Assembly (NCBI GenBank): GCA_951406725.2
Contig: OX597819.1
Location: 100,998,001 to 101,062,000 of the forward strand
Direction of reading: 5' to 3'
DNA from: Octopus vulgaris
Lineage: Eukaryota
DNA: 64,000 bases
Part shown: one piece after another, positions 26,300 through 41,006 of the stretch
Numbering within the stretch: the stretch's first letter is position 1
How the letters are laid out: the number at the start of each line of letters is the position of its first letter
The notes under the pieces: generated by a model
What the model was told of the DNA's origin: nothing
Seen by the model: only the letters and a program-made list of their open reading frames with translations
The model's database searches: none
Translations under genes and position numbers: made by a program

Positions 26300-27260
26300 A
26301 ACTTTACCTTTTTATCCATAATTCAATAAAGCCTTGTCCAAGGATTTAACGTCTGTTGATTCTTATCTTCAGTGAATAACGCAGCAGATATAATGAATTT
26401 TTATGCAATGAGAAAATAATTAGAGATTCAATTCCAGTATAAGTGTAGAAACAATAAAATGATAGAAGTAGGAACGTCTGTCGAAGCCAAATTCAACAAA
26501 AGCTTTAGTTACTAAAAGTCAATGAAATGAGAGTTTTAACGAAACTGTGCATTTAAAGTTTTCAAATATTTTTCCAAAGTCTACTTGTATATATTCACAA
26601 TGCTTATGTTAGTTAAAACCATCTATCAAAAAATCACATGCCCGCAGAAACAAAAGAAGAACTGAACTATCGAAATTTAAGTTGCTGCGCTAATACTCTA
26701 GTTAATCTGTAATTTCAACCGTAGGAATAGTTGAGATGTACAGTGTTAAAATATTGTACAATTTCTCTATTATTATGTTTCTGGCCTGGCTGTAACAATG
26801 CCATCGAAAAAAACCATATTTAGTCAATATTTAGTATTTATACAAATACTTACGAGACTTCAGTGATAAAATCGAACTTTAAAAAGATATCTTTGTGAAC
26901 TGGCAAGCTAATCGCATTGTTTCGTAAACCTAGAATCAGATGCCAACATTTTCACTATCTCCATACTCAAGATTTCAACAGGATCACATACTGTTAATTT
27001 TTGGTTGAAAAAATTATTAGACCAGTTTTGGACTAATCAATGAAACACAAGAGTTAGAAGAAAAGAAACTAATAAGAATTGAAATCACAGTCTTTGACTT
27101 CTATATATTGCCATCGTTTTCCTCACTAAACACTCCTTTAGTCTGTAACTAAATACCTTCTCATATACGAAGCCTATTAAAGCAGGCTGATGCCGAATTC
27201 AACAGCTGGACCTTAAAATTACTCAGAAATTGTAGAAGAATATCTACAAAAAACATCAAG
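26300..27260 (+). pseudogene. Possible heavily decayed hAT-type transposase
   Basis: Scattered resemblance to the hAT C-terminal motif order; no open frame. Confidence 0.25.
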
Positions 27261-28245
27261 TTTTAGCTATTTATTACGTCTGATCTTCCTTGTCCAGAGT
27301 CTTTTGTTATCGTGAATAAAACAGTACAGCCCGATCTGTTTGTTTTCATTGCTGATAATAAGGTATTCCAAGTTGTTATCTTGAGAAACGAAAAAGACCG
27401 AAACATAGAAATGCTACCCCTTATATGTCTGTGTTTGTATGTATGCTTTGTGTGTGTACGCTTGTTTGTGTGAGTGTATGCTTGTATTAGATTGTGTGTA
27501 TGCGTACTTAAATAGAACAAGAAAGAGATTAAAAGCAAAGGAGCCTGAAAGCAAGAGTCAGAAATGTACATATGTTTACGCATGTATATGTTTCTTTAAG
27601 CACAAGCTGCATGTATAAATATACGTATGTTTGTTATAGTGTCTACCATCAACGCTCCAACGTTGAGCAGACATCCTGACACGAAACATCAAGAACATTA
27701 CCATTATAGCTAACGTTGATAACAACTCTGAAACAAGAAGATGAAGAGCACTATTACACACTAAGAAACAAAACTGTATTTACTCTAAACAAGTTCAGTA
27801 GCACAACTATATTCATCGTAAATGGTAAATCTGAAAGTAACTGGACTAAAGTTGTATTAAGTTATCATGTAACGTTTTGTTATCTTTATGTCGATGCATT
27901 TCTTCCTAGATTTCTGTGTCATAAGCATTAAATTTTATATAACCCCCCATTAAGCTATCATTTATCAAGCAGATGGGATTTCAAAACTTCTTAATATTTA
28001 CTTTGAATGAATCCGTTTGTCTGTAAAAACAAATATGAATATCTACTGAGAAGTTGCCACCTTTTGATAAAGTGGTAAATCTCGAGAAGAAGACAAATCT
28101 GATATTTTGGGATTAACTCTTCATCAGTGAAAAATCTTTTCATATTGGGTAAAATATTTTTCTGTTTGATGACGTGTCAGCTCCCGAAACGTCGAATTCC
28201 TATTATCACAATGCATTACAAATTTATCCTATGATCGTATACGCA

Positions 28246-28287
<42 letters not shown>

Positions 28288-28304
28288 TGATGAAAAGTAA
28301 AGAT

Positions 28305-28415
28305 GAAAAGGCAAAGATGAAAGACAATGTCAACATCGGCGGAATTCGAACATAGTGACGTAATATCACTAAGAATTCTGACATTGCGGTAACGTTTCTG
28401 CCAGCTAACCGTCTC
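28305..28415 (-). mobile_element. Decayed SINE family B head
   Basis: cggcggaattcgaacatag...aacgtttctgccagct. Confidence 0.6.
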
Positions 28416-29128
28416 TCCCTTATTCTTTGTCTCTGTCTGTGCCTCTTTTTTATACATACATTCTATATTTAGTTCGTTATGATATATGGTTTGTGCCTGA
28501 TGAATATATATCTCCGGCACTTCTCAACATATGAAACTAATAATACATAATAACAGGGTGCTGTGTGTATTAGTTAATATTTATCTCTCAACAAAAATGG
28601 AGTACTTTTTTGCTGAACTTAGAATTACGGAATAGTGGTTCTTCGCCGAGGTTTATACGAGGCTTCAGAGTTCATGTAAAGGTTTTGGTGAAAATATGTG
28701 CAATTAGATAGGCATAGTTCTATAACACACATGATGTATTTTAACAACTTTTCATACAGGTTCTGTTTACAGAATAATATAGATTTATTTACAGAAACTT
28801 AATGAGATTTTTTAAAACATGGACTGGCTATGAGGCTTTACCTGAGTTGAAGAGCAATCAAAGCTTTGCATACGCAAAACATGGTGGAGATACACTGTTA
28901 TTGATGGATAAAAACGCACAAACACACACACAAATAAACATACATACTACACGCATGTAAATATATGTGTGTGTGTGTGCGTGTGTGTGTGTATATCTAT
29001 GCATACATACATATGTATATACATATATAAACAGAGAGAGAAGATAAGAAATGGCGGCCTACTGATAAATCTATCCCTTAGAAGGTTGCATAACTTCTAA
29101 CTTATATCTTGCTTAATATATATATGTA

Positions 29129-29173
<45 letters not shown>

Positions 29174-29230
29174 TATATACAGGCCGTGCTCCAGCATGGC
29201 CACAGTTAAATGACTAAAACAAAGAGTAAA

Positions 29231-29267
<37 letters not shown>

Positions 29268-29795
29268 TAGTGTACATTTAAACACAAGAGAAACTACCTT
29301 TAACAGGTAATTTCACACGCTAGAAGCAGTCAAAACGACCAAAACCACGGTTAAGAGAAATTTCGAAGGGAAATTTACGTATTTATATAGTGTTTGTATA
29401 TAATTTTACGTATATATATATTTTACGTCTATGATTTTTAGCATTTCGAAGATCAGTTCGGCATTTTACATTTACTCGTGACTGAAACTGCGCTTTCGTG
29501 GTGAATTTGAAACATTATAACATATAATGATGAGTCACGTGTTATTTGTCTCTAAATTATTTGTTAATGTTATGGCGCGGTTACCGATGAAAATTTCGCC
29601 TAGCAAATTATTTTATTTGCTAAATAAAATTTGAAACCTAGGTATAACCGTAAAAAGAAATTACAAGGTAAAAGCTTTTATTTTTCATTTCTTTTCAAGA
29701 TTGCTCTTAAATGTGGTTTTGGTAGTTTTGACTCCTTCTTCTAGCGTGTAAAATTACCTGTTCAAATAGTTTATCTTGTGGTTAAATGTACACTA
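29268..29795. mobile_element. Element with about 105-bp imperfect terminal inverted repeats enclosing an HHR
   Basis: tagtgtacatttaaacacaagag...acacgctagaag versus cttctagcgtgt...cttgtggttaaatgtacacta; next to (TA)n. Confidence 0.8.
29578..29650 (+). ncRNA. Type I hammerhead motif (U4C core, extended stem II)
   Basis: cggtta-CCGATGA-aaattt..tagcaaat/atttgcta..aaattt-GAAA-cctagg-TA-taaccg. Confidence 0.75.
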
Positions 29796-29884
29796 TTTTT
29801 ACGCATGCTAGGCCACTGGTAGTGAAATTTCTAAAAATATTCGCTACCCTGCATACTTTACGTATATATATTTACATATATGTA

Positions 29885-29926
<42 letters not shown>

Positions 29927-30049
29927 TACATATATGTATATATATATATATTTATATATATATATAAATATATATATACTTATAGATGTATTTACGCATA
30001 CGTACGTACATACATATAAATATATATATATATATATATAAATATAAAA

Positions 30050-30103
<54 letters not shown>

Positions 30104-30999
30104 GTGTGTGTGTGTGTGTGTGTGTGGGTGTGTTCTCAGACTCTCAGAGAGCACAATGTCCTCTGCTGTTATACCGATTATATACGCAAGTCTTTCAATG
30201 GTTTGGAATGTTTGGTATAAGATAGGAAGAGACCGTGCAGCTGTTGAAATATATGGATTAGTTTTGGTGCCGTAGAATGGCGTTTGCATCTGTATAAATG
30301 AATACATGAAATTATTCATAACAGCCTAATCTACGCTTGAAGCCTATCCTTTCTATACTTATTATTCAGTTTTTTTTTTTCATTTAAATGAACTTCATTT
30401 AACTATTATATATATTTGAATGTGCGTGTGCATGTGTATATTTATGTGCACATATATATTACTTATGTATAATATTTATTCATATGTGTGTGTATGTGTG
30501 CGCGCGCGCCCGCGAGCCAAAACCGAACAAAAGCCAATAAACAAACCTATTTCTTTGACCTCACATATCTACAAAGATCTGAAACGAACCTTCACAGCAA
30601 ATTCGGTTGAGTTTTTTTGGAAGTAAACAGCTTTCTAAATGATAACCAGCACGGAATATTTCGTATAAAGGTACCAATTTGCTACCCTCTCAGAAATGAA
30701 AGTAATAACAGTCCAACAATTACAAAATTGATTGTTTTCCGATGAACCATGGGCAAGAATAAAGTTTGATTAAACCATTGAGATCCTTCGGCAGTAAAAA
30801 AAAAATTCTATAATTCATTGGGCCATACCAGAACATATTGTAGAACAAAGCAAATGATTCCCGGTAACCGACGTATAATGTAAAAGAGTAGACCAGTAGA
30901 AAGACCAAAAAACTAAGCCCAAGTAGAAAATTACCTGAATCTGTTCTGATACAAAGCTCTTCTCTCATTCATGGCAATCGCTGTGGGACGGTCGACATC

Positions 31000-33290
31000 A
31001 GATCCCCCACCCCCACCGAAGTTTGCGGAAGGAAACCACTCAATAACCTCTTAAAATGAATTAATCCTGAAACACTGATACGTTGATCGATTAATGGTGC
31101 ATGCCAAGATAGTGGACGTTCTACTAGAAATAAATATTCTCTTGGATGTGGCAGCTGTATGGCTGCAATTGAAGAGGATACTGAAATATTAGATGTGCGT
31201 CAGCTGTGCAAAAGCAAATAGATATTGTCGTGCATACGAACGGAACTCTTCAGCCAAATAAATCAGAAGAGAATCGAAGCTATTTTAAACCTAATATACT
31301 TGATAGATAGAAAGATCTAGCCTTTGCCAATAGAGGTGTGAAGGACAAGAGATTGCAAGCATGGAACCACCTAAGGGCATTTTTCCCACAGCTGAAGGCA
31401 AATGAAAGAAGGATTCATCTTGAAAAGGCGTTTAGGACAGATTCGATACAGTTTTTCATACCTTTATGAAAAATAGATTAATCTAGAATCTTAGAAAAAT
31501 CAATAAAGAAAGGTACCACTATCTAACGTTTTCGAGGTTATGATGACCTTCAAGCAATTTCCCATCATGAAACAAGAGTTTTGCGTTTTCAAAGCTAAGG
31601 CGCATGCTTTAAATCGCGCGGAAACGGAAGTTGTTCTAAGGACCACGTTGTGGTATGTAACTATACAACAAAGTGTGAGTGGCTTTTCAGCAACTTTTCA
31701 TCTGACTGCTCGAGTTAATGCAATGTTGGGCGAGATTGCAGGTTGAACTTCAAACTCTATCTTTTAGACCTGTCAACTTCCAGAAAGAGAGGTAGGGCGT
31801 GGCGAAAGTCCAATTACAACCACAGAAATAGGGAAAACCTGTTAAGTGAACGAGAGTCGAGTATCTGATTTAGATGATGTGCTTGTGACATCTTATTTTG
31901 TTTCTTAGCAGGTAACCACAACAACGGACAATAGATCGGAAGAATCTAAGTTTGCTGTGTTGCTTTCCAGTTCAGTGAACCTTGAAGCGTCAGTGTCCGT
32001 GGAAACTAGAGCCTAATGAGAGGGAATGGATTGATAATTTTTATGTCATGAGTTTCTTAAAAGGAGACGTCCATATTTTCTTCAAGAAAATTGTGAAAGC
32101 GTTGTCGCTTATTGTCGGATTTGTAGTGCAGAGACATACATCATTCGCCACAGATTTATTCACGCCTCTCATTTGGTGTGGAAGTTCTGCATATGCGGAT
32201 GAGTTACAGTCATAAAATCGGCCATCTAGTACAAGGAAGGATTGGCAATACTCTGAATACAAAGCGATCATAGGAACCAATGTGGAAAGGTCGGTAGACC
32301 TACAGCTCGGCAACAGAGTGTCTCATCTTCAGATAGAAAATAACTGGGCCCAAGTGAAGAGTTGTGTGTCGAACGTCCACATAGCATGCGCCATTTTATA
32401 CCGGCTAACTAACGTGCTTTGTTACTGTTCACGCCTGAGTGCACTTGTGTGTATACACTCCTTTTTGTGAAAATGACCCTTCCACTGGTAAGGAGATCCA
32501 TATTCCGTTCACACCCACTGCATGGAGGACTGAGTATGTCGAAGCTTATGATATGACATCTCCAGCAATTTCGAATCTGTGAAAATTTGTGGTCACTGTT
32601 CCTTAGATGCTTCCTTTCCACAAATCTTCCGAAGCAGTTTGCGGTCAATTAAATATCAACGTAGGGCACTTGACAACTGAACTGTCGTTATGCTGAACAT
32701 TATCGGGAAAAATCTGTGCATCAACAAAATCAATTGTCATGTCTGTTTCTGGAAGACTTTCTGACCAGGATCATCGTGGATAATTTCCCGAAATCCCTGT
32801 CCTATGTATGGGGCATTGTTCATTCATGATAGGCGCTATAAATTAGTCAGTGCGGTCAGCTGAGACTGTCCGTAATGAGCGCAGGGCAACGAAATCATTT
32901 TGTACGCTGGCATACATCTAGTACCTGAACATTGATGACTTGTGGAGTTATATTTGAATGATCCGAGGATCAGCTGCGTTCATGATGAAAATCATTCCAC
33001 CGCCTACATTTGATCGGGGAAACGTGGAGATTTTATGTGGTAGCACCATCGATAGAGGCTTTGAGATGTACAAGTTCTAAAAAACTAATAATCTGCACTT
33101 TTCTCTTTGGCCAATGCTTCATAAACACATCTTTCAAGGTTCTTTTGAAATGGAAAATGAGAACAGGGAAGGAAGTACAGCCTTTCCTCAAATTTGCTGA
33201 ATGGGATGTGAGTGGTGGGAATGGATCGAATAGACGTGCGTGCTCAAAGTATGGGTCTGAAAATTAGGGAGGTGCAGATAGGAGAAAGCA
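31000..33290 (+). pseudogene. Long decayed Tx1/L1-clade LINE ORF2
   Basis: SAYADE (YADD-like) near 32190; LQIENNW...ILYRLT; PLVRRSI...HPLHGGL near 32480; C-terminal FKVLLKWKMR; many stops and deletions. Confidence 0.7.
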
Positions 33291-33578
33291 CCAGTGGTCA
33301 GGGTAATCGTGGTTTTGTGGGGTTTCCACGAATTCTCTATTAGAGAATTATAGGGGAACTTTTCATTTTAAAATTATATTATGATTGTTGTTGTATATAT
33401 TATTCGTCTACACCCTTCTCAATTTTGTACCTCTGTCCTTGTAATGTTCATGTTTTGAGGTGAGCCCTAGTATCTAATCAAAAATATTATTATACGTATT
33501 GTTGCTGTTGTGGTTATCGTTGTTGTTGTTGTGGTTGATGTTGTTGTTGTTGCTCTTCTTCTTCTTCTTCTTCTTCTT

Positions 33579-33609
<31 letters not shown>

Positions 33610-33702
33610 TTATTATTATTATTATTGTTGTTGTTGTTGTTGTTGTCATCATCATCATCAATATCATCATTTTATCAACATCATCATCATCGTTAACTAT
33701 TA

Positions 33703-33919
33703 AGGTGACGAGATAGCAGAATCCTTAGCACAGCTGGGAAAAATGCTCTTAGCGGCATTTCGTCCGTCTTCACGTTCTGAGTTCAAATTCCGCCAAATTC
33801 GACTTTGCCTTTCATCCTTTCGGGATCGTTGAAGTAAGTACCAGTTGCGCACTGAGGTCGATTTTATCGACTTACGTCTCCTCCCCAAAAGACATGCCTT
33901 GTACCTCTACTAGAAAGGA

Positions 33920-33920
<1 letters not shown>
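33703..33920 (+). mobile_element. SINE family B copy
   Basis: gagttcaaattccgcc...cgactttgcctttcatcctttcgggatcg; runs into (ATT)n. Confidence 0.85.
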
Positions 33921-33993
<73 letters not shown>

Positions 33994-34551
33994 GAGTGAG
34001 TGAGCAGTGCATGCCGTCAAAGTAACACTGGAGTAAAATATACGAAGCCTACTATACCCTTTATGACTACATGTCTGATAAGGGTACACGAGGCACATTC
34101 ATCACAATCATATGCGCGCGACATGGTGATCTCATATCAAGATAAACAGCATATGGCCTTGCAGGTGGGACCCAGTCAGAATTTTCTTCTGGTCAAGTAG
34201 CCCATCTCGTTCAAAACGTCCCTGAATAAGTATTTTTTAAGGATGTTAAACGAACTACCCATGTTTCCAAATTGAATTTTCCAAACCTCCAAGAATTCCT
34301 TTCGACACACGGCTATAATGCACCCCCACTACTTCTGGTCGTGATCAGAGATGCACATATCGTCAGCCACTAAGGGACATGCTCAACTTGTTAAGGTCAA
34401 ACAACTTGTTAAGGTCAAACAACGGACAAGCAAATCTGTGGTATTGAGCAGAATATTTGCTGTAGCCCATTTTTTATACCAAGACAAAACAATGTACAAA
34501 AATAACACTTCCAATCAGTTAATAATAACACTTCCAATCAGTTAAGATCAG
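33994..34551 (-). mobile_element. Complex insert inside (ATT)n, probable 3' end of a microsatellite-targeting non-LTR element
   Basis: 558 bp of complex sequence bounded on both sides by pure (ATT)n; strand and class are inferred. Confidence 0.45.
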
Positions 34552-34607
<56 letters not shown>

Positions 34608-35949
34608 CAAAAATTATAATAATGTTTTATTTGCATAATGACACGTTTCCGAGAGAGATGTACATTAGTAAATCTCCTCTATACTTGAATGTTCCTTGTA
34701 GTATCGTGACTGGATAAATAAGAAAAATAATATTCGCAGTAATTTAGTCTGAATTAGTGACGATCACCACTCAGCATTTTTCAGTATTTTGCCAATTTCT
34801 CTTTCTACTGTTCTCATTAATAATCATAATAATATTCAAAGATTAACGAGTCCAAAAATACATAGGATTAAAACGAGATTTGTATAATACTGCTACATAC
34901 TATAAGTACCCTGTTCGGCTTCGAACTCAGATCATCCATCAATACTGCAAAACAATAAAATATTATTGCAGTTCTCTGGTATCTGATGCATTTCCACGTC
35001 TTTCTTTTGATTAAATAAATGAAGTGTTTCACAGCGATTGTATTAGATATACTGAACAATAGAGTTTGTCAATAAATCTTGTTAACTAACACAGCTACAC
35101 AATGTGATTTAGAAAGAAGAAAAGACGACATCAAAATGATATATGTAGAGAGATTGATAAAGAAGTAGTAAAACAAAAAAATAACATCAGTCTATGGGTT
35201 ATGGACTATGAACATTAATCCATTCTGATCGGAGCAACAAATAATGACAAGGCTATGAGAAAGATTAAAGAATGTAAACATGTACAGAAATGCCACTAAT
35301 AGTTTAGAGAATTAAAGAACAAGTAATTTGAGTAAAGAAATAAAAAATAACACAAACAACATAGGAAAATACAGCGAAAATATCGTCCGCTATATTGTGC
35401 TGGATGCGTAACAGGAAGTTCAATGAAAATAAATCCCTGGAAACAGTTTAAACAAAATATAAAAAGGAAGAAACAAAAATGTCAAAAAGTAAGGGAAAAG
35501 TGTAATCGTTACTGTTCAGTGAAGACAAGAAAATTGTATTTTTTCAAATAGACTATTTTCCTATTGAGTGACTGTCTTAATTTGGAAAAATCCTTTGAAG
35601 AATTTGCGAGATCAGCTTAAATGAATGTTTTTTTGGCTCTGTGTTTTTTTAAGATAGATGTTTTCTTTTGTTTTGACTTCTGTCGCTTTTCCACTTTTCG
35701 CAAAACCAACCACTTTGCCGTCTCACATACATACCATCGGCACAACTAACCAAACAGCTAACCGACCGACTCTCCGTCCAACCTTTTCATCGACCAAAGA
35801 TATTTTTTTCCTCTTTCATCTTTCAATATATTTATTTTTCCTTTGACGTTTTCCTATTATTTACTATTATTATCGGAATCCCCGAGAAAAGAAAAGAAAA
35901 TAATGTTGGAAAGTGAAGCTAAGAAATAAAATAGAATTAAAAAGGCAAC

Positions 35950-35996
<47 letters not shown>

Positions 35997-36094
35997 CATA
36001 TATGCTCAGGTATAGGCAGGCGTATGTATAAACACATACACGGAAGTATATATATATACAGAAATATGTATAAAAATTTATATATCAATATGTA

Positions 36095-36176
<82 letters not shown>

Positions 36177-36313
36177 CAGTACAACATGAAAAAAATCATT
36201 GCCTGACCTATTCACATCTGCAACCTTGCAAATTTCTAAAGACTGTCTTTCAACAACACAGATTTCCTCTGTCGGAACTTTCTTTTTTTTTACTTTGAGC
36301 ATAATGCTTTCCA

Positions 36314-36927
<614 letters not shown>

Positions 36928-37324
36928 GAGAAAATGTATTGAATATGTGAGTGGTACTTGTTTTGCTTTCGTCTCTTTTATCTACAAATATACATTCTTT
37001 TGATTTTTCCTTCCGCTCTACGATTTAGTTTTGTTTTGTTTTCCTTCTTCAATATCCTCTCGTTCCATCACTGTTTTGATAGTTTAATTCGATGATATTG
37101 AATAAAATCAATATTTCTTTAACTAAATTCTAAATTGGGGCAATCATGGCGATATGAAATATCTAAAATAAAGAAACTCATGAAAATTGACTTTTAAAGA
37201 TTAAATATGCATCCATCCTGACATCTCTTCTTTTTGATATTATTCAGATTGCTGTAGAATAATCAGATTACGCTAATATATCAGTAATATGTATATTTTA
37301 CATATATTTACATATACATTATTT

Positions 37325-37605
37325 TATTCATTTACTTGTGTCAGTTATTTTGACTGCGGCCATGCTGGAGCACGACCTTTAGTCGAGCAAATTGACCACA
37401 GAACTTATTCTTTGTAAGCCTAGTACTTATTCTTTTGTTCTCTTTTGTCAAATCGCTTATATACGGGTATGTAGACACCAGCATTGGTTGTCAAGTGATG
37501 TTGGGGGGTCAAGCACAGACACACAAACATATACACAGATATCCACTCACTAAGCTTTGGTCGGCCCGAGGCTACAGCAGAAGGCACTTGCCGAAGGTGC
37601 CATGT
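37325..37605 (-). mobile_element. SINE family A with internal deletions
   Basis: tgactgcggccatgctggagcac...cttattctttgtaagcctagtacttattc...tttggtcggcccgaggcta. Confidence 0.85.
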
Positions 37606-38023
37606 CAAGTTTGAAGAAAATATCTCTTTTGCATCTTACATATTTAGTCTCTTAAATATACTGCATTTTGTGGCATTATTTCAAGCTATCCGGTCTTTTT
37701 GGCGCAAACTGCACGTGCATTTTTCTCGCGTACGCGTAGTATCGATCGCAACAGCTGATGTGCTTGCGCGTACAAATGCACGTTCCCATGGTTTTATCGA
37801 TCGCATTCTCGCCTGGAATGGATTTTTGTTATTTTTTTCAAGACTTATACACGCCCTGATACCGTCGGTATCTACATATCAAATTTGATCGCAGTCGGAT
37901 GGAGGATACCCGATATCCTAGAAGACACACACACACAGACAGACAGATATATGAAATCAACGGTCTTTTAAACAATGCACACATTCAAAGAACGCACACG
38001 TTGAAATGTAACCACCTTTCGAG

Positions 38024-38145
38024 AAAATTCTCCCCTGATGAAATACCAGTTTCAATATGAAAATTAACCAGTTTCAATATGAAAATTTAAATGACATTTA
38101 TTTAATATACCCGTTGGGTATGGAAACGGCTGTAGGATAAGATTT
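38024..38145 (+). ncRNA. Hammerhead motif with long stem II insert, weak stem I
   Basis: cc-CTGATGA-aatacc...ggtatg-GAAA-cggctg-TA-gg; tandem duplication of accagtttcaatatgaaaatt inside stem II. Confidence 0.55.
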
Positions 38146-38250
38146 TCCTTATATGGATTTGAATATCTTTGAAGATACTGAGGATTGCATGTCACTACCT
38201 CCATTTTTTTCCTTTTCTCACACATACGTAGGTACATACATACATACATA

Positions 38251-38322
<72 letters not shown>

Positions 38323-38326
38323 TATT

Positions 38327-38450
38327 CTTTTATTCTTTGTAAGCCTTGTACTTATTCTATCGGTTTCTGTAGCCGAATTTACGGGGATGTAAACATACCA
38401 ACATCGGCTGTCAAGCGATGACGGGGAACAGACTCAGCTAAACAAACACA
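38327..38450 (-). mobile_element. SINE family A 3'-half fragment
   Basis: ttattctttgtaagccttgtacttattctatcgg...tacggggatgtaaacatacca. Confidence 0.8.
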
Positions 38451-38460
38451 CGCATGTTTT

Positions 38461-38670
<210 letters not shown>

Positions 38671-38918
38671 TATCTATACACTGTGAGAGATAGGTATATA
38701 CTGAGTGTGTGAGGGAGAGAAAATCATCATAACGCCTAAGTATAGCAAAACTAATAATCAGTTTTTAGAATTGAATTCACTTCTGCTATAGAGTACAGAG
38801 TCAGGAAAGTAGAGAGCATAGGATCAATCAATGACTAAAGAACAGGAAACCTGTTATCAGTCACAAAATGAAACGGAAGTCATTACATAACTCTCGTCTT
38901 TATGTCATTCATTATTTG

Positions 38919-38961
<43 letters not shown>

Positions 38962-39002
38962 CATATGTATATAGATATATACATACATCTTTATATTTTT
39001 AT

Positions 39003-39057
<55 letters not shown>

Positions 39058-39149
39058 CACACACACATATATACATATGTATGTGAATGCGTGTGGGTAT
39101 ATGTATGCATGTATCTATCTATGCTGATATGCGTATATACAAGCAATAT

Positions 39150-39640
39150 GTTACTCTGGAATTATCCCAATGTATTTCATAGGAAATTTAAAATGTCGAT
39201 AGCATAAAAATAACTCGACGTGACTACACACGGACTGAATGTTCTGACAGTTTGAGCTGTCATGTGGTGAGAATTTGAGACTGTAAAAGTTTGATCGTTC
39301 CTCACTAAGCATGAACACAGATATGTACACATCCACTCGTAGATATTTATCCTTAAGCCAGTAGGAAGATTAAATCAAACGTCAATGAAAATCATGAAGT
39401 TCAAAAAGTTTCAGTTGTTATACAACCCGTTCGGAGGAAATCGTCCCAGTTCATGACCACATCTTACTAAAGTGACTATGCAATGACCTTAGTTTTTGTA
39501 ATAATCCACGAACTAAATTCCACGAATGCACAGTATGTACGAAAATGGATTTACATTTTTCTGTATGACGGGCTCTAAACAATGGGATTTGTCATTTCCG
39601 ATTTTGAGGTTTACAATAAATTATTACTATAGGTGATTTC
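39150..39640 (-). pseudogene. Possible ancient Polinton-type DNA polymerase B remnant
   Basis: KYLRVDVYI...NIQSVCSHVELF...KYIGIIPE resembles YC..DV.IL...TIAS.C...F...IGIIP. Confidence 0.3.
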
Positions 39641-40594
39641 GTTTTAGTAAGTTGTATGTCACGGCACAGCCTCTTACAATAATTTATCTACACATTATCA
39701 CCTTTCTAAAGTATCTTTCAGCTTGTGATTTTTTTTTTCTGCCGAAAATTATGAATGACCTGCATGTATATGTTGTATATACGTCGGGCGCCATTTTATT
39801 CTACTTTGTTTTGTTGCCTAGGTGTATGCAATGGCTGTTTTGTTAAATACGAATCTCTGCATTCTCAATGTCCAGTTACAGTATATGGTATGCCTTCATC
39901 CATCAGCTTTCGTATAGAGTAGTTTTGTTCTGTCAATTATTATTACAGAAACTCCACAATAAGAGGCTATTGAATTAGCCAAACAAAATTCTTTCATCAT
40001 GGTTTTCTCTTGTATACCAATACCAAATGAGCCAGTTAAGTGTGCGTTAGCATGTATCTGTCTATATATGCTTGCATTCATGTGTGTCTGCGTGTATGAT
40101 AAAGAAAAATCAGCCTAAGTGAATAACGAAGCATCACCTAAAAAAAGTAATGGATGTTTGACTTCAGGACAAACTTCATAGATTCTGAATCACGCAAGCA
40201 AAATCGAAAGAACATGAAAGTTTACAGGATAAAAATGTTAGATAATCAATTAAGAAACAAAATTTTGTCTTTCGAAACCAAACTGGAATATTTACACGCA
40301 AAGTAAATGGATCTAGAAAAATAAAATTTGAAATCGAAAAAACTGCTATCCATATTTTCTAAACAGAAATTTCCCTATGAGTGGCAAAAGATAGGCATCC
40401 GCATACAGTATTATGCTGCTTCAGTATTTAAATAAGAACGAGAAAAATATGTGAAATGGATTTACTTTTTATGGGAAATATATTAATCCAGTTTCAACAA
40501 TTTCTGTAGGATAATAATGAAAGATAATTAATTAACAGGTACATCTAATTCTATATTGATCAGTCCGTTTGCCTTTCCTCTCTGTAATCACCGA

Positions 40595-41006
40595 GAGACA
40601 AGTCCCGAACTCTTGGAGAGGGAGCCAGTCGATCAGATCGACCCCAGTAAGCAACTGAACTTAATTTATCAACCCCGAAAGGATAAAAGGCGAAGTCGAC
40701 AACGGTGGAATTTGAACTCAGAACGTAAAGACAGACTAAATAGCTCTATGCATTTTGCCCGGCGTGCTAACGTTTCTTATTTCTTTACAACCCACAAGTG
40801 GCTACACACAGAGGGGACAAACAAGGACAGTCGGATTAAGTCGATTATATCGACCCCAGTGCGTAAGTGGTACTTATTTAATCGACCCCGAAAGGATGAA
40901 AGGCAAAGTCGACTTCGGCGGAATTTGAAATCAGAACGTAGCGGCAGACGAAATACCTCTAGGAATTTCGCCCGGCGTGCTAACATTTCTGTCAGCTCGC
41001 TACCTT
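40595..41006 (-). mobile_element. SINE family B with two units
   Basis: Core at about 40670 and 40880; head at 41006. Confidence 0.85.

Noticed and set aside
37650-37955. Possible Helitron-like non-autonomous element
   Set aside because: Termini not identifiable.
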